A stretch of DNA of 64,000 nucleotides, taken from a virus. The stretch spans positions 43,929 to 107,928 of the IMG/VR virus record IMGVR_UViG_3300011115_000717. One strand, 5' to 3'. Positions 20,059-30,243 of this stretch are shown one piece after another (the first letter of the stretch is position 1; every line of letters begins with the position of its first letter). The notes under the pieces are model-generated. The model worked only from the letters and a program-made list of their open reading frames with translations. It had not been told where the DNA came from and did not search any database. Both the position numbers and the translations under genes were made by a program.

Positions 20059-20361
20059 ATGGTAAAGACCTTTAAATCTAGATATGGGGATGAACGAATC
20101 CTTAGAAAACGTAAAGACGGAAACTATACTCTCGAAGGTCACACCTTATTTTCTAGGAGTGGCGATGGTTTATTTGACTTTGAAGGTGGTCCATGCATTA
20201 TGGTTGGTGATAGACTACTTGACATTGTCAATGACGTAGATGACGTAATTATAGAATCAGTTACTATTGATGGCACTATAGTTGAAGAAAACTATATGCG
20301 TGTTATCATTACAACAAAACCTATTAAAAGAGGTAAGAATAAAAGTGACAAAAAAACCTAA
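20059..20361 (+). CDS. Hypothetical protein (paralog of 41773-42063)
   Basis: SRY...R...YTLEG.TLF.R...DFEGGP. Confidence 0.7.
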   Translation: MVKTFKSRYGDERILRKRKDGNYTLEGHTLFSRSGDGLFDFEGGPCIMVGDRLLDIVNDVDDVIIESVTIDGTIVEENYMRVIITTKPIKRGKNKSDKKT

Positions 20362-20728
20362 AGTTACTATTACTAAAACTATTCCGTGGCAATATGAATA
20401 CAATATTTTAAAAGTTCCATATCAGGAATTTTTAGAATCTATTGAAGAGATGCCATTCGCAATGTTATTATATGAACATAGGTCTCATTGTGAATATAGA
20501 GGTCACAAATTAAAAAATCATCCAAACTTTGGTGATGACAATAATCGTGATTTATATAATAGAATTCATGCTATTGAAAATGCACTTAAAGCACATTACT
20601 ACAGACTTGGTGATGCTATAGAGGCATCACAGTATTGGGAAAACGAAAACTACAAACACACAAACAAGAAGAAAGAAGAGAATGTCAAAGTATCTAACAA
20701 ATCTACTAAGCAAACTAAACAATCCTGA
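20345..20728 (+). CDS. Hypothetical protein
   Basis: ORF filling the gap before uvsX; start uncertain (GTG 20345). Confidence 0.55.
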   Translation: MTKKPKVTITKTIPWQYEYNILKVPYQEFLESIEEMPFAMLLYEHRSHCEYRGHKLKNHPNFGDDNNRDLYNRIHAIENALKAHYYRLGDAIEASQYWENENYKHTNKKKEENVKVSNKSTKQTKQS

Positions 20729-21704
20729 TGCAGCCATCGTAGCCGATGGTATTGATGGTGCAGATGTCACAGGATTCATTGATACTGGGTCATATGTATT
20801 GAACGCTTTGTTATCGGGATCTATATATGGTGGACTACCTGCCAACAAGATCTCTTGTCTTGCGGGAGATCCCGCTACCGGAAAGACTTTCTATGCAATT
20901 GGAATCGCTACTCAATTCCTTAAAGACCACAAAGACGGTGTGGTCATATACTTTGACACGGAGCAAGCAATCACTTCAGACATGTTTGCACAACGGGGAA
21001 TCGATTCCAAAAGAATTGCAGTTGTTCCTGTTGCAACAATCGAAGAGTTCAAGAACCAGGCTCTCAAGATCGTCAATGACGTACTTGAAACACCTGAAGA
21101 AGACCGCAAGCCAATCTTTATGGTTCTTGATTCTTTGGGAATGTTATCGACAAACAAAGAAATGAATGATTCGGCTGAAGGTAAGGATGTGCGTGATATG
21201 ACCAAGGCACAACTTACTAAGGCTACGTTCCGTGTTCTTACGCTCAAACTTGGTAAGGCAAAGATACCGCTTCTTCTGACCAACCATACATATCAAGTTA
21301 TTGGTTCATATGTTCCTACCAAGGACCTTGGTGGTGGTACAGGTATTAAGTATGCTGCCAGTAACATTATTATGTTATCAAAGAGCAAGGACAAGACTGA
21401 TGAAGGTATCGTTGGTAACTTTATTAAGTGCACCAACTACAAGAATCGTTTTGTAAAAGAGAATATGCATGTACAAACCAGATTGAACTATACTTCTGGG
21501 TTAAGTCGATATTATGGTTTGACAGACCTTGCAATTGAGTATAATATATTCAAGAAGGTCTCAACACGAATAGAACTCCCAGATGGTAGTAAAGCATTTG
21601 AGAAAAATATTGATGAAGATCCTGAAAAGTATTTTACAAAAGAAATTTTAGACAAACTAGACATTGAAATTCAAAAAGGGTTTAAGTATGGACAAGGCAC
21701 TTAA
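20682..21704 (+). CDS. uvsX: RecA-like recombinase UvsX
   Basis: IDTGSY.LNALLSGSIYGGLP, GDPATGKT, FDTE, DSLGML, TNHTY, GGG.G.KYAAS. Confidence 0.95.
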   Translation: MSKYLTNLLSKLNNPDAAIVADGIDGADVTGFIDTGSYVLNALLSGSIYGGLPANKISCLAGDPATGKTFYAIGIATQFLKDHKDGVVIYFDTEQAITSDMFAQRGIDSKRIAVVPVATIEEFKNQALKIVNDVLETPEEDRKPIFMVLDSLGMLSTNKEMNDSAEGKDVRDMTKAQLTKATFRVLTLKLGKAKIPLLLTNHTYQVIGSYVPTKDLGGGTGIKYAASNIIMLSKSKDKTDEGIVGNFIKCTNYKNRFVKENMHVQTRLNYTSGLSRYYGLTDLAIEYNIFKKVSTRIELPDGSKAFEKNIDEDPEKYFTKEILDKLDIEIQKGFKYGQGT

Positions 21705-22053
21705 AGACGTTTATATTATATTAGATGATGCATCTGAATATATGACATTAGATACAGTACCAATTAAAATTATAGTTGATCCGTATCTTGATGTAGAATT
21801 TAGATTTCAAAAAATCAATATAAAAATGGAAGAAGAAAATTTAAATATTAATTTTAATGTTGAACTTTTGAAAAATCCAAATAATGTTGATGTTGAATTA
21901 AATAACCAAGAGTTCATTGACTTCTTGGGTAGAATCCTGTATGATATGCTTGTTAACCGAGACGATATTATAACGAAGACTCAGGCGGAACCTGAGCAAA
22001 TTGATCTCGAAGATGATGTGCACAGTGACTCCTATGGAAAAAATTATTCTTAA
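21688..22053 (+). CDS. Acidic hypothetical protein at the T4 gp40 position
   Basis: Between uvsX and gp41; only positional support for gp40. Confidence 0.55.
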   Translation: MDKALKDVYIILDDASEYMTLDTVPIKIIVDPYLDVEFRFQKINIKMEEENLNINFNVELLKNPNNVDVELNNQEFIDFLGRILYDMLVNRDDIITKTQAEPEQIDLEDDVHSDSYGKNYS

Positions 22054-23437
22054 GAATCTTGCCAAGAACGAAGAATTTGCACGTAAAGTACTCCCCTTTA
22101 TTAAGGAGGAGTATTTTACTTCTAGAGCAGAAAGAGTCTTGTACATTAATATCGAAAATTTTGTTACTAAGTATACTTCACTTCCAACTAAAGATGCTTT
22201 GATTCTTATGATCGAAAAGTATAAAGGAATCAGTGAAGAAGAATACAAAGGTTCACTTCGGTTAATTACAGAAATTTTTGATAGCAATGATCGTGAAGAT
22301 CAAGAGTGGTTACTTGACCATACAGAGAAATTCTGTAAGGAGAAGGCTATTCATCTTGCAATCATGAACTCTATCAATATTCTTGATGGTAAAGATACCG
22401 AGTACACAGAATCTGCTATTCCAGAAATTCTTAGTAATGCTTTGGCTATTAGTTTTGATACCCGAGTTGGTCACGACTTTATTGAAGATTCTGATATTCG
22501 TTATCAATTTTATAACAAGACCGAAAAGCGTATTCCGTTTGACCTTGAATATTTTAATACAATCACAGGCGGTGGGACTCCAACCAAAACTCTGAATATT
22601 GTAATGGCAGGTACAGGGTGCGGTAAGAGTCTTTTTCTGTGTCATCATGCTGCATCATGTTTGATGCAAAATCTGAATGTTTTGTATATTACACTTGAGA
22701 TGGCGGAAGAACGTATTGCTGAACGTATTGATGCCAATCTTCTTGATACTCCCGTACAAGATCTTGCAAGTATGCCAATTGCGTCATACAAGAAGAAGAT
22801 GGAGCAACTCAAGAAGCAATCAACCGGTAGACTTATTATCAAAGAATATCCTACAGGTGGAGCTAATTCAAATCATTTTAGAATTCTTTTACAAGAACTT
22901 CGTACAAAGAAGAAGTTTAAGCCAGATATCATTTTTATTGATTATCTGAATATCTGTTCGTCATCGAGAATGAAGCAGGGTGGTAACACAAACAGTTACC
23001 ATTACATCAAGGCTATTGCTGAAGAACTCCGTGGGCTCGCAGTCGAGTTTGATCTTCCGATCTTTAGTGCTACTCAAGTCAATCGATCTGGGTTTTCAAG
23101 CACGGACGTTGGTTTGGAAGATACATCAGAATCGTTTGGTCTTCCCGCGACTGCAGATTTCTTCGTTGCTTTGATTCGTACCGATGAACTTGATGACTCT
23201 AAGCAACTAATGGTCAAGCAACTCAAGAATCGTTATAACACAACTGCTGTTAACAGAAAGTTTGTTATTGGTGTAGAATTCAACAAGATGAAACTACATG
23301 ATGTTGACGAAGGTACGCAGCCCGTAATGGTTAGTTCTAACCAAAGCAGCAACAAGGATAAGCGTAACAACGAAGATTCTTATTACAAGAGTATCTCAGA
23401 GTCATCAAAGCAACTTAGTTCCGGATGGCAGATGTAA
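22034..23437 (+). CDS. gp41: Replicative helicase gp41 (DnaB-like)
   Basis: AGTGCGKS, ITLEMAEERIAERIDAN, IDYLNI, SATQVNRSG, SESFGLPATAD, KQLKNRY. Confidence 0.96.
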   Translation: MEKIILKNLAKNEEFARKVLPFIKEEYFTSRAERVLYINIENFVTKYTSLPTKDALILMIEKYKGISEEEYKGSLRLITEIFDSNDREDQEWLLDHTEKFCKEKAIHLAIMNSINILDGKDTEYTESAIPEILSNALAISFDTRVGHDFIEDSDIRYQFYNKTEKRIPFDLEYFNTITGGGTPTKTLNIVMAGTGCGKSLFLCHHAASCLMQNLNVLYITLEMAEERIAERIDANLLDTPVQDLASMPIASYKKKMEQLKKQSTGRLIIKEYPTGGANSNHFRILLQELRTKKKFKPDIIFIDYLNICSSSRMKQGGNTNSYHYIKAIAEELRGLAVEFDLPIFSATQVNRSGFSSTDVGLEDTSESFGLPATADFFVALIRTDELDDSKQLMVKQLKNRYNTTAVNRKFVIGVEFNKMKLHDVDEGTQPVMVSSNQSSNKDKRNNEDSYYKSISESSKQLSSGWQM

Positions 23438-24423
23438 TGCAGACTGTTGTCGATAAAAAATATATTAATATGGTTTCTCCTTCTCTTGAAAAATTCAAGT
23501 GGAAGAAAGATAACATGGCAGCGTGTCGGTGTTTTAAGTGTGGTGATTCACAGAAAAATAAAACAAAGACTCGTGGATATTTTTATGTCAACAAGGATCA
23601 GTATTATTACAAATGCCATAACTGTGGATTCTGCTGTACTGTAAAGACAGTTCTAGAAAACTTGTCCCCACAATTGGCAAAAGAATATTCATTAGAAACA
23701 TATAAAATGAATATTGGTCGTAATATGTTTATGACAGTGGAGTCTCCGGTAAAGGAACGCATTGTACCAGACTATATTGGAAAATGTATTACAGATCTTC
23801 CTAAAGATCATTACGCTAGAGAATACGTAATGAAGAGACAAATCCCAGAAGACAAATTACATCTCTTATATTTTACAGAAGATTTTTCTAAGATTGCAGA
23901 GAAGTTTTTTAAAACTTCATTTAGAGAACCAAGACTTGTAATTCCGTTTTTTGATGATAAGGATAGAGTTGTTGGTGTTCAGGGTCGTTCATTCGAAGTC
24001 AATGCAAAGATTCGATACATTACATACAAGAGCCCACACATTGAGCGTTTATGGTATGGGCTGAACAACATTAATGCTTTGAAGCCAGTTTACGTAGTGG
24101 AAGGCCCGATTGATTCATTGTTTCTATCGAATGCCATTGCCATGGTAGGATCTAGTTATCCAGACCCACTACCCACAAAAATTGAAAATAGTAAATTAAT
24201 TTTTGTATTTGATAACGAACCTAGAAATATTGTCTTACACCACATGATGGAAAGGGCAATAAACGAGGGTCATAAAATTGTAATTTGGCCTTCTATGCCT
24301 GAAAAAGATATTAATGAAATTTGTCTTAAATATGGTGTAGAGAAGATGAAACAAATGCTAGATAGTAGTACCTATTCGACAAATGCTGCCAGACTAAAAT
24401 TTGGTGCGTGGAAAAGATCTTAA
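23425..24423 (+). CDS. gp61: DNA primase gp61
   Basis: C..CGDS.K.K.K.RG...CHNCG zinc finger, QGR, VVEGPIDS, FDNEPRN, KDIN. Confidence 0.94.
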   Translation: MADVMQTVVDKKYINMVSPSLEKFKWKKDNMAACRCFKCGDSQKNKTKTRGYFYVNKDQYYYKCHNCGFCCTVKTVLENLSPQLAKEYSLETYKMNIGRNMFMTVESPVKERIVPDYIGKCITDLPKDHYAREYVMKRQIPEDKLHLLYFTEDFSKIAEKFFKTSFREPRLVIPFFDDKDRVVGVQGRSFEVNAKIRYITYKSPHIERLWYGLNNINALKPVYVVEGPIDSLFLSNAIAMVGSSYPDPLPTKIENSKLIFVFDNEPRNIVLHHMMERAINEGHKIVIWPSMPEKDINEICLKYGVEKMKQMLDSSTYSTNAARLKFGAWKRS

Positions 24424-24424
24424 T

Positions 24425-24628
24425 ATGATAAAAGACAACTCAGACAATAATGATGGAATAGAAAAGAAAGTTTGCCAAGCTTTTTTACAGTTTAATAATT
24501 ATTTTAGTTTATATGTAAAAGAAGTAGATTTAGATTTATGGAATAGAGCAGTTGAGTTTGCCAAAGACAGCGTTGATGTCCCCGGTGTATCTTTAAAATT
24601 TATTGATAACGATAATACAGACGAGTAA
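24425..24628 (+). CDS. Hypothetical protein
   Basis: Fills gap; F..YVKE.D..LW..AVEFA. Confidence 0.6.
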   Translation: MIKDNSDNNDGIEKKVCQAFLQFNNYFSLYVKEVDLDLWNRAVEFAKDSVDVPGVSLKFIDNDNTDE

Positions 24629-24636
24629 TAAAAATT

Positions 24637-25356
24637 ATGAAACAAAGAATAACTGTCCTTGATAAAGGACACGTAGATCTTATTGATGTGATGGGTTCTG
24701 ATTTAACAGTCGCCAATGCAGCCCGAGTTTCTTTTAATAAAGAAAGTGAATGGGATACAGATCTTAATTGGCTTGATAAAACAATAGAGAAGACCTTATC
24801 CGCAAAAGATAAAAAATTAATTGCCTATCTTGCAAAACATAAACATTGGACACCTTTTGCTCACCCACAAATAACAGTAAGAATTAAGGCTCCTATTTTT
24901 ATTCGCACTCAACTTTTTAAACACAAAGTTGGATTTGTAGAAAATGAAGTAAGCCGTAGATATGTAACTGATACTCCAGAATTTTATATTCCAAGATGGA
25001 GATCAGCACCAACGTCCGGTGCAAAACAAGGGAGTACCGATTTTATTTTAGATTCTGTAGTTGAAGATAAACTGAATACAGAGTATAATATGGTAATCGA
25101 AGGAGCTTTGAAAACATATGAAAATCTTTTGGAACAGGGTGTCGCCCCAGAACAGGCGCGATCCGTCTTACCACAAGGCGCGTATACGGAGTGGTGGTGG
25201 ACTGGATCACTTGCGGGTTTTGCTCGGGTCTACAACCAACGAAGTGAGGCACACTCTCAATGGGAAGTACGTGAGTATTCCAATGCGATTGCCGCATCGA
25301 TTTCCCCGTTCTTCCCTGTATCTTGGGAACATCTGACTAGTAAGGACAACACATGA
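24637..25356 (+). CDS. thyX: Flavin-dependent thymidylate synthase
   Basis: ANAARVSF, HKHWTPF.H, QLFKH, NEVSRRYV, EQARSVLPQ, QWEVR. Confidence 0.95.
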   Translation: MKQRITVLDKGHVDLIDVMGSDLTVANAARVSFNKESEWDTDLNWLDKTIEKTLSAKDKKLIAYLAKHKHWTPFAHPQITVRIKAPIFIRTQLFKHKVGFVENEVSRRYVTDTPEFYIPRWRSAPTSGAKQGSTDFILDSVVEDKLNTEYNMVIEGALKTYENLLEQGVAPEQARSVLPQGAYTEWWWTGSLAGFARVYNQRSEAHSQWEVREYSNAIAASISPFFPVSWEHLTSKDNT

Positions 25357-27239
25357 CAAATTTATCACCATTTCAAGAATTTATTTTTATCTCTCGTTAT
25401 TCACGTTGGATCAACTCACAAAATCGCAGAGAGACGTGGACAGACTGCGTAGATCGTTGGTGGGATTACTTTACCACTAAAGTTCCATCGTTACTCGAAC
25501 GTCCCGATGTACGTGAAGCAATTCTAGCACTCGAAGTACTACCTTCCATGCGTAGTCTCATGACTGCAGGGAAAGCACTAGATCATGATAACACATGTCT
25601 TTATAATTGCTCGTACCTTCCTATTGATTCTATTGATTCATTTGCGGAACTGTTTGTTATTCTCATGAATGGTACAGGTACCGGGTATTCTGTTGAAAGA
25701 CAATACACAGATAAACTTCCAACTGTTGCCAACAAGATTGTAAAGAATTTTGATAAGGTAATCGTTGTTGAAGATTCAAAGGAAGGTTGGGGAGATGCAA
25801 TTAAAACATTATTCAGCGATCTCTATGCTGGTAAGCATCCTAAATGGGACTTGTCAAAAATTAGAGCATCTGGTGCACGACTTAAAACTTTTGGTGGTCG
25901 TGCTTCTGGTCCTGCTCCATTAGACAATTTATTCAAATTTATAGTAAAGGTCTTCTACAACGCACAGGGACGCAAACTTTCGGCTCTTGAGTGCCATGAC
26001 ACATGCTGTGCCATCGCTAATGCCGTAATCGTGGGTGGAGTCCGTAGATCAGCCATGATCTCTCTCAGTGATCTGGGAGACCGGGAAATTGCCCTGTGCA
26101 AGAGTGGCGCATGGTGGGAGCAAGCCGGGTTCCGGTCTTACGCCAATAACTCAGCCGTGTATCGCGGAAGACCCCCCATGGGACAGTTTCTTGAGGAGTG
26201 GACCTCTCTGTACAACTCCCACAGCGGAGAACGCGGTATGATCAATCGTAGGGCACTTCAAGAGCAAGCAGCGAAGTGTGGGAGAGACCCGGATTGTGAA
26301 TATGGTACCAATCCGTGTGCAGAAATTATTCTGAAACCTTTTGAATTTTGCAATCTTTCAACTGTGGTAGTTCGTACCGATGATACCGCAGCCAGCCTCA
26401 AGAAGAAGATTGAAATTGCCACTATTATTGGGACTGTGCAGTCTACTTTTGTGAAATTTCCTTATCTTCGTCCTGAGTGGAAGAAGAACTGTGAAGAGGA
26501 AAGATTGCTTGGTGTTTCCATGACAGGAATTTTTGATAATAAACTTACCAGTGGTCTTGAAGGTAAGCCAAAATTAGTTCGACTTCTTGAGAATCTTCGT
26601 GACCATGCAACGACAACGAATCTCAAATGGGCAGAGAAGTTGGGTATTAATCCTAGCAAGTCCATTACTTGCGTCAAGCCAGAAGGCACTACTTCTTGCT
26701 TGGTGGATTCTGCTTCAGGTTTACATCCACGCTATGCGGATTACTATTTCCGCAGAATCCGATTGGACAAGAAAGATCCTTTGTATAACTTGATGAAGGA
26801 TCAGGGAGTCCCGTGCGAGGATGATGTGATAAATCCAACTTCTACTGCCGTATTTACTTTTGCAATGAAGGCTCCTCGTGGTACTGTTACTACAGAAGAT
26901 CTTCGTGCACTTGACCATCTTGATCTGTGGAAAACATATCAAGAACATTACTGTCATCACAAGCCTTCTGTTACCGTCAACTATAAGGACAGTGAATTCC
27001 TTGAAGTAGGCAATTGGTTATGGGAGAACTTTGATATGGCAACAGGTATTGCATTCTTACCGGGTGGTGACAATCATACATACGCTCAGGCACCATTTGA
27101 GCAAATTGATTCTGCAACCTATGCAGCCCACCCAAAGGTCAAGGTTAATTTTAATGATCTCATGAAATATGAGATGGAAGATAATACAGAATCTGCTAAA
27201 GAATTTGCTTGCAGTGCAGGTGGTTGTCAGGTAGTATAA
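25353..27239 (+). CDS. nrdJ: Class II (B12-dependent) ribonucleotide reductase
   Basis: SRYSRW...RRETW, PSMR, YNC, GGVRRSA, GTNPCAEI, FCNL, CVKPEGT, C-terminal CSAGGC. Confidence 0.95.
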   Translation: MTNLSPFQEFIFISRYSRWINSQNRRETWTDCVDRWWDYFTTKVPSLLERPDVREAILALEVLPSMRSLMTAGKALDHDNTCLYNCSYLPIDSIDSFAELFVILMNGTGTGYSVERQYTDKLPTVANKIVKNFDKVIVVEDSKEGWGDAIKTLFSDLYAGKHPKWDLSKIRASGARLKTFGGRASGPAPLDNLFKFIVKVFYNAQGRKLSALECHDTCCAIANAVIVGGVRRSAMISLSDLGDREIALCKSGAWWEQAGFRSYANNSAVYRGRPPMGQFLEEWTSLYNSHSGERGMINRRALQEQAAKCGRDPDCEYGTNPCAEIILKPFEFCNLSTVVVRTDDTAASLKKKIEIATIIGTVQSTFVKFPYLRPEWKKNCEEERLLGVSMTGIFDNKLTSGLEGKPKLVRLLENLRDHATTTNLKWAEKLGINPSKSITCVKPEGTTSCLVDSASGLHPRYADYYFRRIRLDKKDPLYNLMKDQGVPCEDDVINPTSTAVFTFAMKAPRGTVTTEDLRALDHLDLWKTYQEHYCHHKPSVTVNYKDSEFLEVGNWLWENFDMATGIAFLPGGDNHTYAQAPFEQIDSATYAAHPKVKVNFNDLMKYEMEDNTESAKEFACSAGGCQVV

Positions 27240-27246
27240 ATCATGT

Positions 27247-27320
27247 TCCTTGGTAGCTCAGTTGGTAGAAGCGCGAAACTGTTAATTTCGATGTCGCTGG
27301 TTCGAATCCAGCCCGAGGAG
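27247..27320 (+). tRNA. tRNA-Asn(GTT)
   Basis: Acceptor TCCTTGG/CCGAGGA, anticodon arm CGAAA-CTGTTAA-TTTCG, T-arm GCTGG-TTCGAAT-CCAGC; CCA not encoded. Confidence 0.93.
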
Positions 27321-27328
27321 TTTAAATT

Positions 27329-27661
27329 ATGTTTGGATTGATTCTATTATCATTGATCGGTATCAGTATAGCAAATTGGATCTATGCTGATATATGCTAT
27401 TCTAAAGCATATGATGATAAGCCTTGGGTAGTTTATGGATTATGTATGTTGGCTGCATTCATTAGTACCAATGGTTGGTATTTTTTAATACGTAACATTA
27501 AAACCCCTAAAGATCTTTTGATTACAAATATTATATGGGATGTTGGTGCTACAATATTATGTGTTGTATTCCCGATCATGTTATATAACGTAAAATTTGA
27601 TATGAAAACAATAATAGGATGTATGATTGCAATCATTGGATTACTTATTGCAAAAATATAA
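27329..27661 (+). CDS. Small 4-TM membrane protein (SMR/EamA-like topology)
   Basis: Four hydrophobic segments in 110 aa. Confidence 0.65.
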   Translation: MFGLILLSLIGISIANWIYADICYSKAYDDKPWVVYGLCMLAAFISTNGWYFLIRNIKTPKDLLITNIIWDVGATILCVVFPIMLYNVKFDMKTIIGCMIAIIGLLIAKI

Positions 27662-27664
27662 ATC

Positions 27665-28099
27665 ATGGCAAAGAAACAAGTAAAAAAATTATGTATCACC
27701 TGTAAAAAAGATAAAGCACAGAAACACTTTAGAAAAAAAAGAGGTGCTTGTAGATCATGTGAAGCATATACTGCTAGACTTAGACGATACGACAACCCAA
27801 TTCGTTCTCTACTCATAGGCGCAAGAACTAGATCAAAGCGTAAAAATATAAAATTTGATATTGAGGAATCTGATATTATTATTCCCGAGGTATGTCCTGT
27901 TTTAGGAATACCGCTTATTCTTTTTGGTCCGCCTAATTCGCCACATCTACCATCTATAGATCGAATTGATAATAGTAAAGGCTATGAGAAAAACAATATT
28001 GCTATTATTTCTTTTAAAGCTAATACTTTAAAATCGAATGCTAGTTTAAACGAATTAAAACAATTAGTCAAATATTGCGAAGACCACACAAATAAATAA
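27665..28099 (+). CDS. HNH-type (homing) endonuclease
   Basis: CxxC..CxxC N-terminus, IPEVCPVLG, PSIDRIDNSKGY...N...S..AN..K. Confidence 0.85.
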   Translation: MAKKQVKKLCITCKKDKAQKHFRKKRGACRSCEAYTARLRRYDNPIRSLLIGARTRSKRKNIKFDIEESDIIIPEVCPVLGIPLILFGPPNSPHLPSIDRIDNSKGYEKNNIAIISFKANTLKSNASLNELKQLVKYCEDHTNK

Positions 28100-28122
28100 A
28101 TTAACATCCTATAAATAATAGG

Positions 28123-28683
28123 ATGTTTCATACAATTGTTGGTATCGATTATTCAATGAACTCTCCATGTATCTGTATGTTTGATACAAGGAGATCTTTT
28201 TGTTTTGAAAATTGTCAATTTTATTTTTTAACTGATGTTAAAAAATATGCAAATACATTTTTAAATAATATTCATGGTGAACCTTTTTGTGACTACAATT
28301 GTGACACAGAAAGATTTGATACAATATCATCATGGGCTTTAAATCTTTGCATAGGTGCAGCTGAAGTTTCCTTAGAAGGTTATGCATACAACTCAACAGG
28401 AAGAATCTTTAATCTAGCCGAAAATGTTGGTATACTAAAACACAAACTATACAAGAATGCTATTCCTCTTAGTGTTATAGAACCAAGTCGGGTAAAGAAA
28501 ATCGCAACCGGTAAAGGTAACGCAGACAAACAAATGATGTTTGATTGTTTTGAAGCCGAAACTAGAGTTGATTTGAAATCTGTATTGTCACAAAAAACAC
28601 TATCTAATCCTGTTACGGATATTATAGATAGTTTTTATATTGCCAAAATTTTGGCAGCAACCAAACTCAATCAAGAATCTTGA
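28123..28683 (+). CDS. RuvC-like Holliday junction resolvase
   Basis: VGIDYSMNSP, LEGYAY, LAENVGILK, VKK.ATGKGNADK, DIIDSFYI. Confidence 0.85.
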   Translation: MFHTIVGIDYSMNSPCICMFDTRRSFCFENCQFYFLTDVKKYANTFLNNIHGEPFCDYNCDTERFDTISSWALNLCIGAAEVSLEGYAYNSTGRIFNLAENVGILKHKLYKNAIPLSVIEPSRVKKIATGKGNADKQMMFDCFEAETRVDLKSVLSQKTLSNPVTDIIDSFYIAKILAATKLNQES

Positions 28684-29050
28684 CTGTGAATGATTCGACT
28701 AAAGGTGCTGGTAGGGATTTCTGGATCTCATAGTTTCCCCAATTCTCCTTCAATACTCCATCTTTTACCAGTTTGGCAAGTGTTGCATCTAGCTTTTTGT
28801 CTTTATTGCTAAATGATATATGTTTTTTGCCATTATCTAATGCTAGTTTGATTGCCATAGCAACGCTTTCCCCATAGGGATAATCGTCAAACTTTTTATT
28901 TTTAACATCTGGTAGGATATAGTGAAGAAATCCAGCTATGTCTGCTTTTGGAACGATAGCAGAATGTCTCATAGCACATGATGAAGATCCCATGTTAAAA
29001 ACACTGTGATCTTCCATAACATATTTTTCTATGATAAATCTGTTTCTCAT
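28667..29050 (-). CDS. Hypothetical late protein
   Basis: ATAAATA late motif just upstream (29059-29065). Confidence 0.6.
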   Translation of the reverse strand: MRNRFIIEKYVMEDHSVFNMGSSSCAMRHSAIVPKADIAGFLHYILPDVKNKKFDDYPYGESVAMAIKLALDNGKKHISFSNKDKKLDATLAKLVKDGVLKENWGNYEIQKSLPAPLVESFTVKILD

Positions 29051-29071
29051 TACGTAAATATTTATGTTTTA

Positions 29072-29359
29072 TTAATTACCCCTACGCTCAGTAGCCGCAT
29101 CTAGATTGCGTCTAAAGCGTTTGGGCATTCCGGGCTTCATCTTAGCCATTAATTCGTTCCAAGCTCCCCCAGTGGCTTTATTGGCACTTATAGTGGCATC
29201 CACAGCCATCGCCACACTCTCACCAACATAATTTCTTACTATTTTCTTCTTCTTGCATTTTGGGCAAGGATTGCTCAATGGAACTGTATTATCTTTCATA
29301 GATAATGTTTCATCAAAAGTATGTTTGCACGATTCACAGACAAAAGCATAGATTGGCAT
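29072..29359 (-). CDS. FmdB-family zinc-ribbon protein
   Basis: MPIY.F.C.SC...F.E...PCPKC. Confidence 0.85.
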   Translation of the reverse strand: MPIYAFVCESCKHTFDETLSMKDNTVPLSNPCPKCKKKKIVRNYVGESVAMAVDATISANKATGGAWNELMAKMKPGMPKRFRRNLDAATERRGN

Positions 29360-29853
29360 TATTTGGTTCTCATAAAAAATTTGATAGCATCTTCAAACAT
29401 AAAATTACGTGTAGGTTCTTTCGGTGTGTTTTCCAAAATCATATTTGCTTCTTTTGGTAACTTACTACCTTTATAAAGATTACACTCTCTGCAACATGCT
29501 ACCATGTTCACCCAAGTACTTCCTCCACCTTTATGGCGTGGAACAATATGATCTACAGTAGCAGATTTATTTGTGAGTTCAATATGGCAGTATTGACATA
29601 CATATTTATCACGTTTGAGAATATTCTTTTTACTCGGGAAACACTTTTTATTTGGTGTCTTCACATAGTACTTTAAAATCAAAACTCTTGGAATTTTGAT
29701 GGTTTCTCTTGCAGAAACAAATTTTAAGATTGATGTATGATTTTCTTCGTAATAGACTTTGTTCTTTCTCATCAAAGACAAAGCTCTGCGCATCGAAATA
29801 ATATTCAATGGGGATTGATCGTAATTCAGAAGAAGTACGGAAGTTTCAAGCAT
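29359..29853 (-). CDS. HNH endonuclease (McrA/HNH_5-like)
   Basis: VLLLN...PL, RDKYVCQYC, TVDHIVPRHKGGGSTWVNMVACCRECN..KG; start probably 29853. Confidence 0.9.
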   Translation of the reverse strand: MLETSVLLLNYDQSPLNIISMRRALSLMRKNKVYYEENHTSILKFVSARETIKIPRVLILKYYVKTPNKKCFPSKKNILKRDKYVCQYCHIELTNKSATVDHIVPRHKGGGSTWVNMVACCRECNLYKGSKLPKEANMILENTPKEPTRNFMFEDAIKFFMRTK

Positions 29854-30033
29854 CTTGGTTGTCAATGGTAAAAAACATGACACTATGCTTTTCTTGTGTT
29901 TGACAACAATATTTTTTATTTTTATACCCATAACTACCTAAAATACGTTCACTGACTGGGTTTGAGATAATCCACGGTACTTTGGGGGAATTGATCATTC
30001 ATTATTATTTATAGAATCCTAAATAATTTAAGT

Positions 30034-30243
30034 ATGAATCCTGTCATTTTAGCCCATTTGAATAATCTATGTCTTAAAGCTACCCAAAATACAGCAGGTA
30101 CTAATACCTACTACAAACCCGTTTCTCCCTTTTGTACCAACAAAGTACAGAAAATAAACGAAGAAACTAAGCTCAATACCTCTGAATCATTCCCGGAATC
30201 AATATTTAAAATTTATGAAAAATTTCAACCAACTCGTAAATGA
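30034..30243 (+). CDS. Hypothetical late protein
   Basis: CTAAATA at 30019-30025 precedes the ATG. Confidence 0.55.
   Translation: MNPVILAHLNNLCLKATQNTAGTNTYYKPVSPFCTNKVQKINEETKLNTSESFPESIFKIYEKFQPTRK

Noticed and set aside
17527-27239. Introns or inteins in gp43, gp41, uvsX, nrdJ
   Set aside because: ORFs are continuous, of normal length, with no splicing motifs
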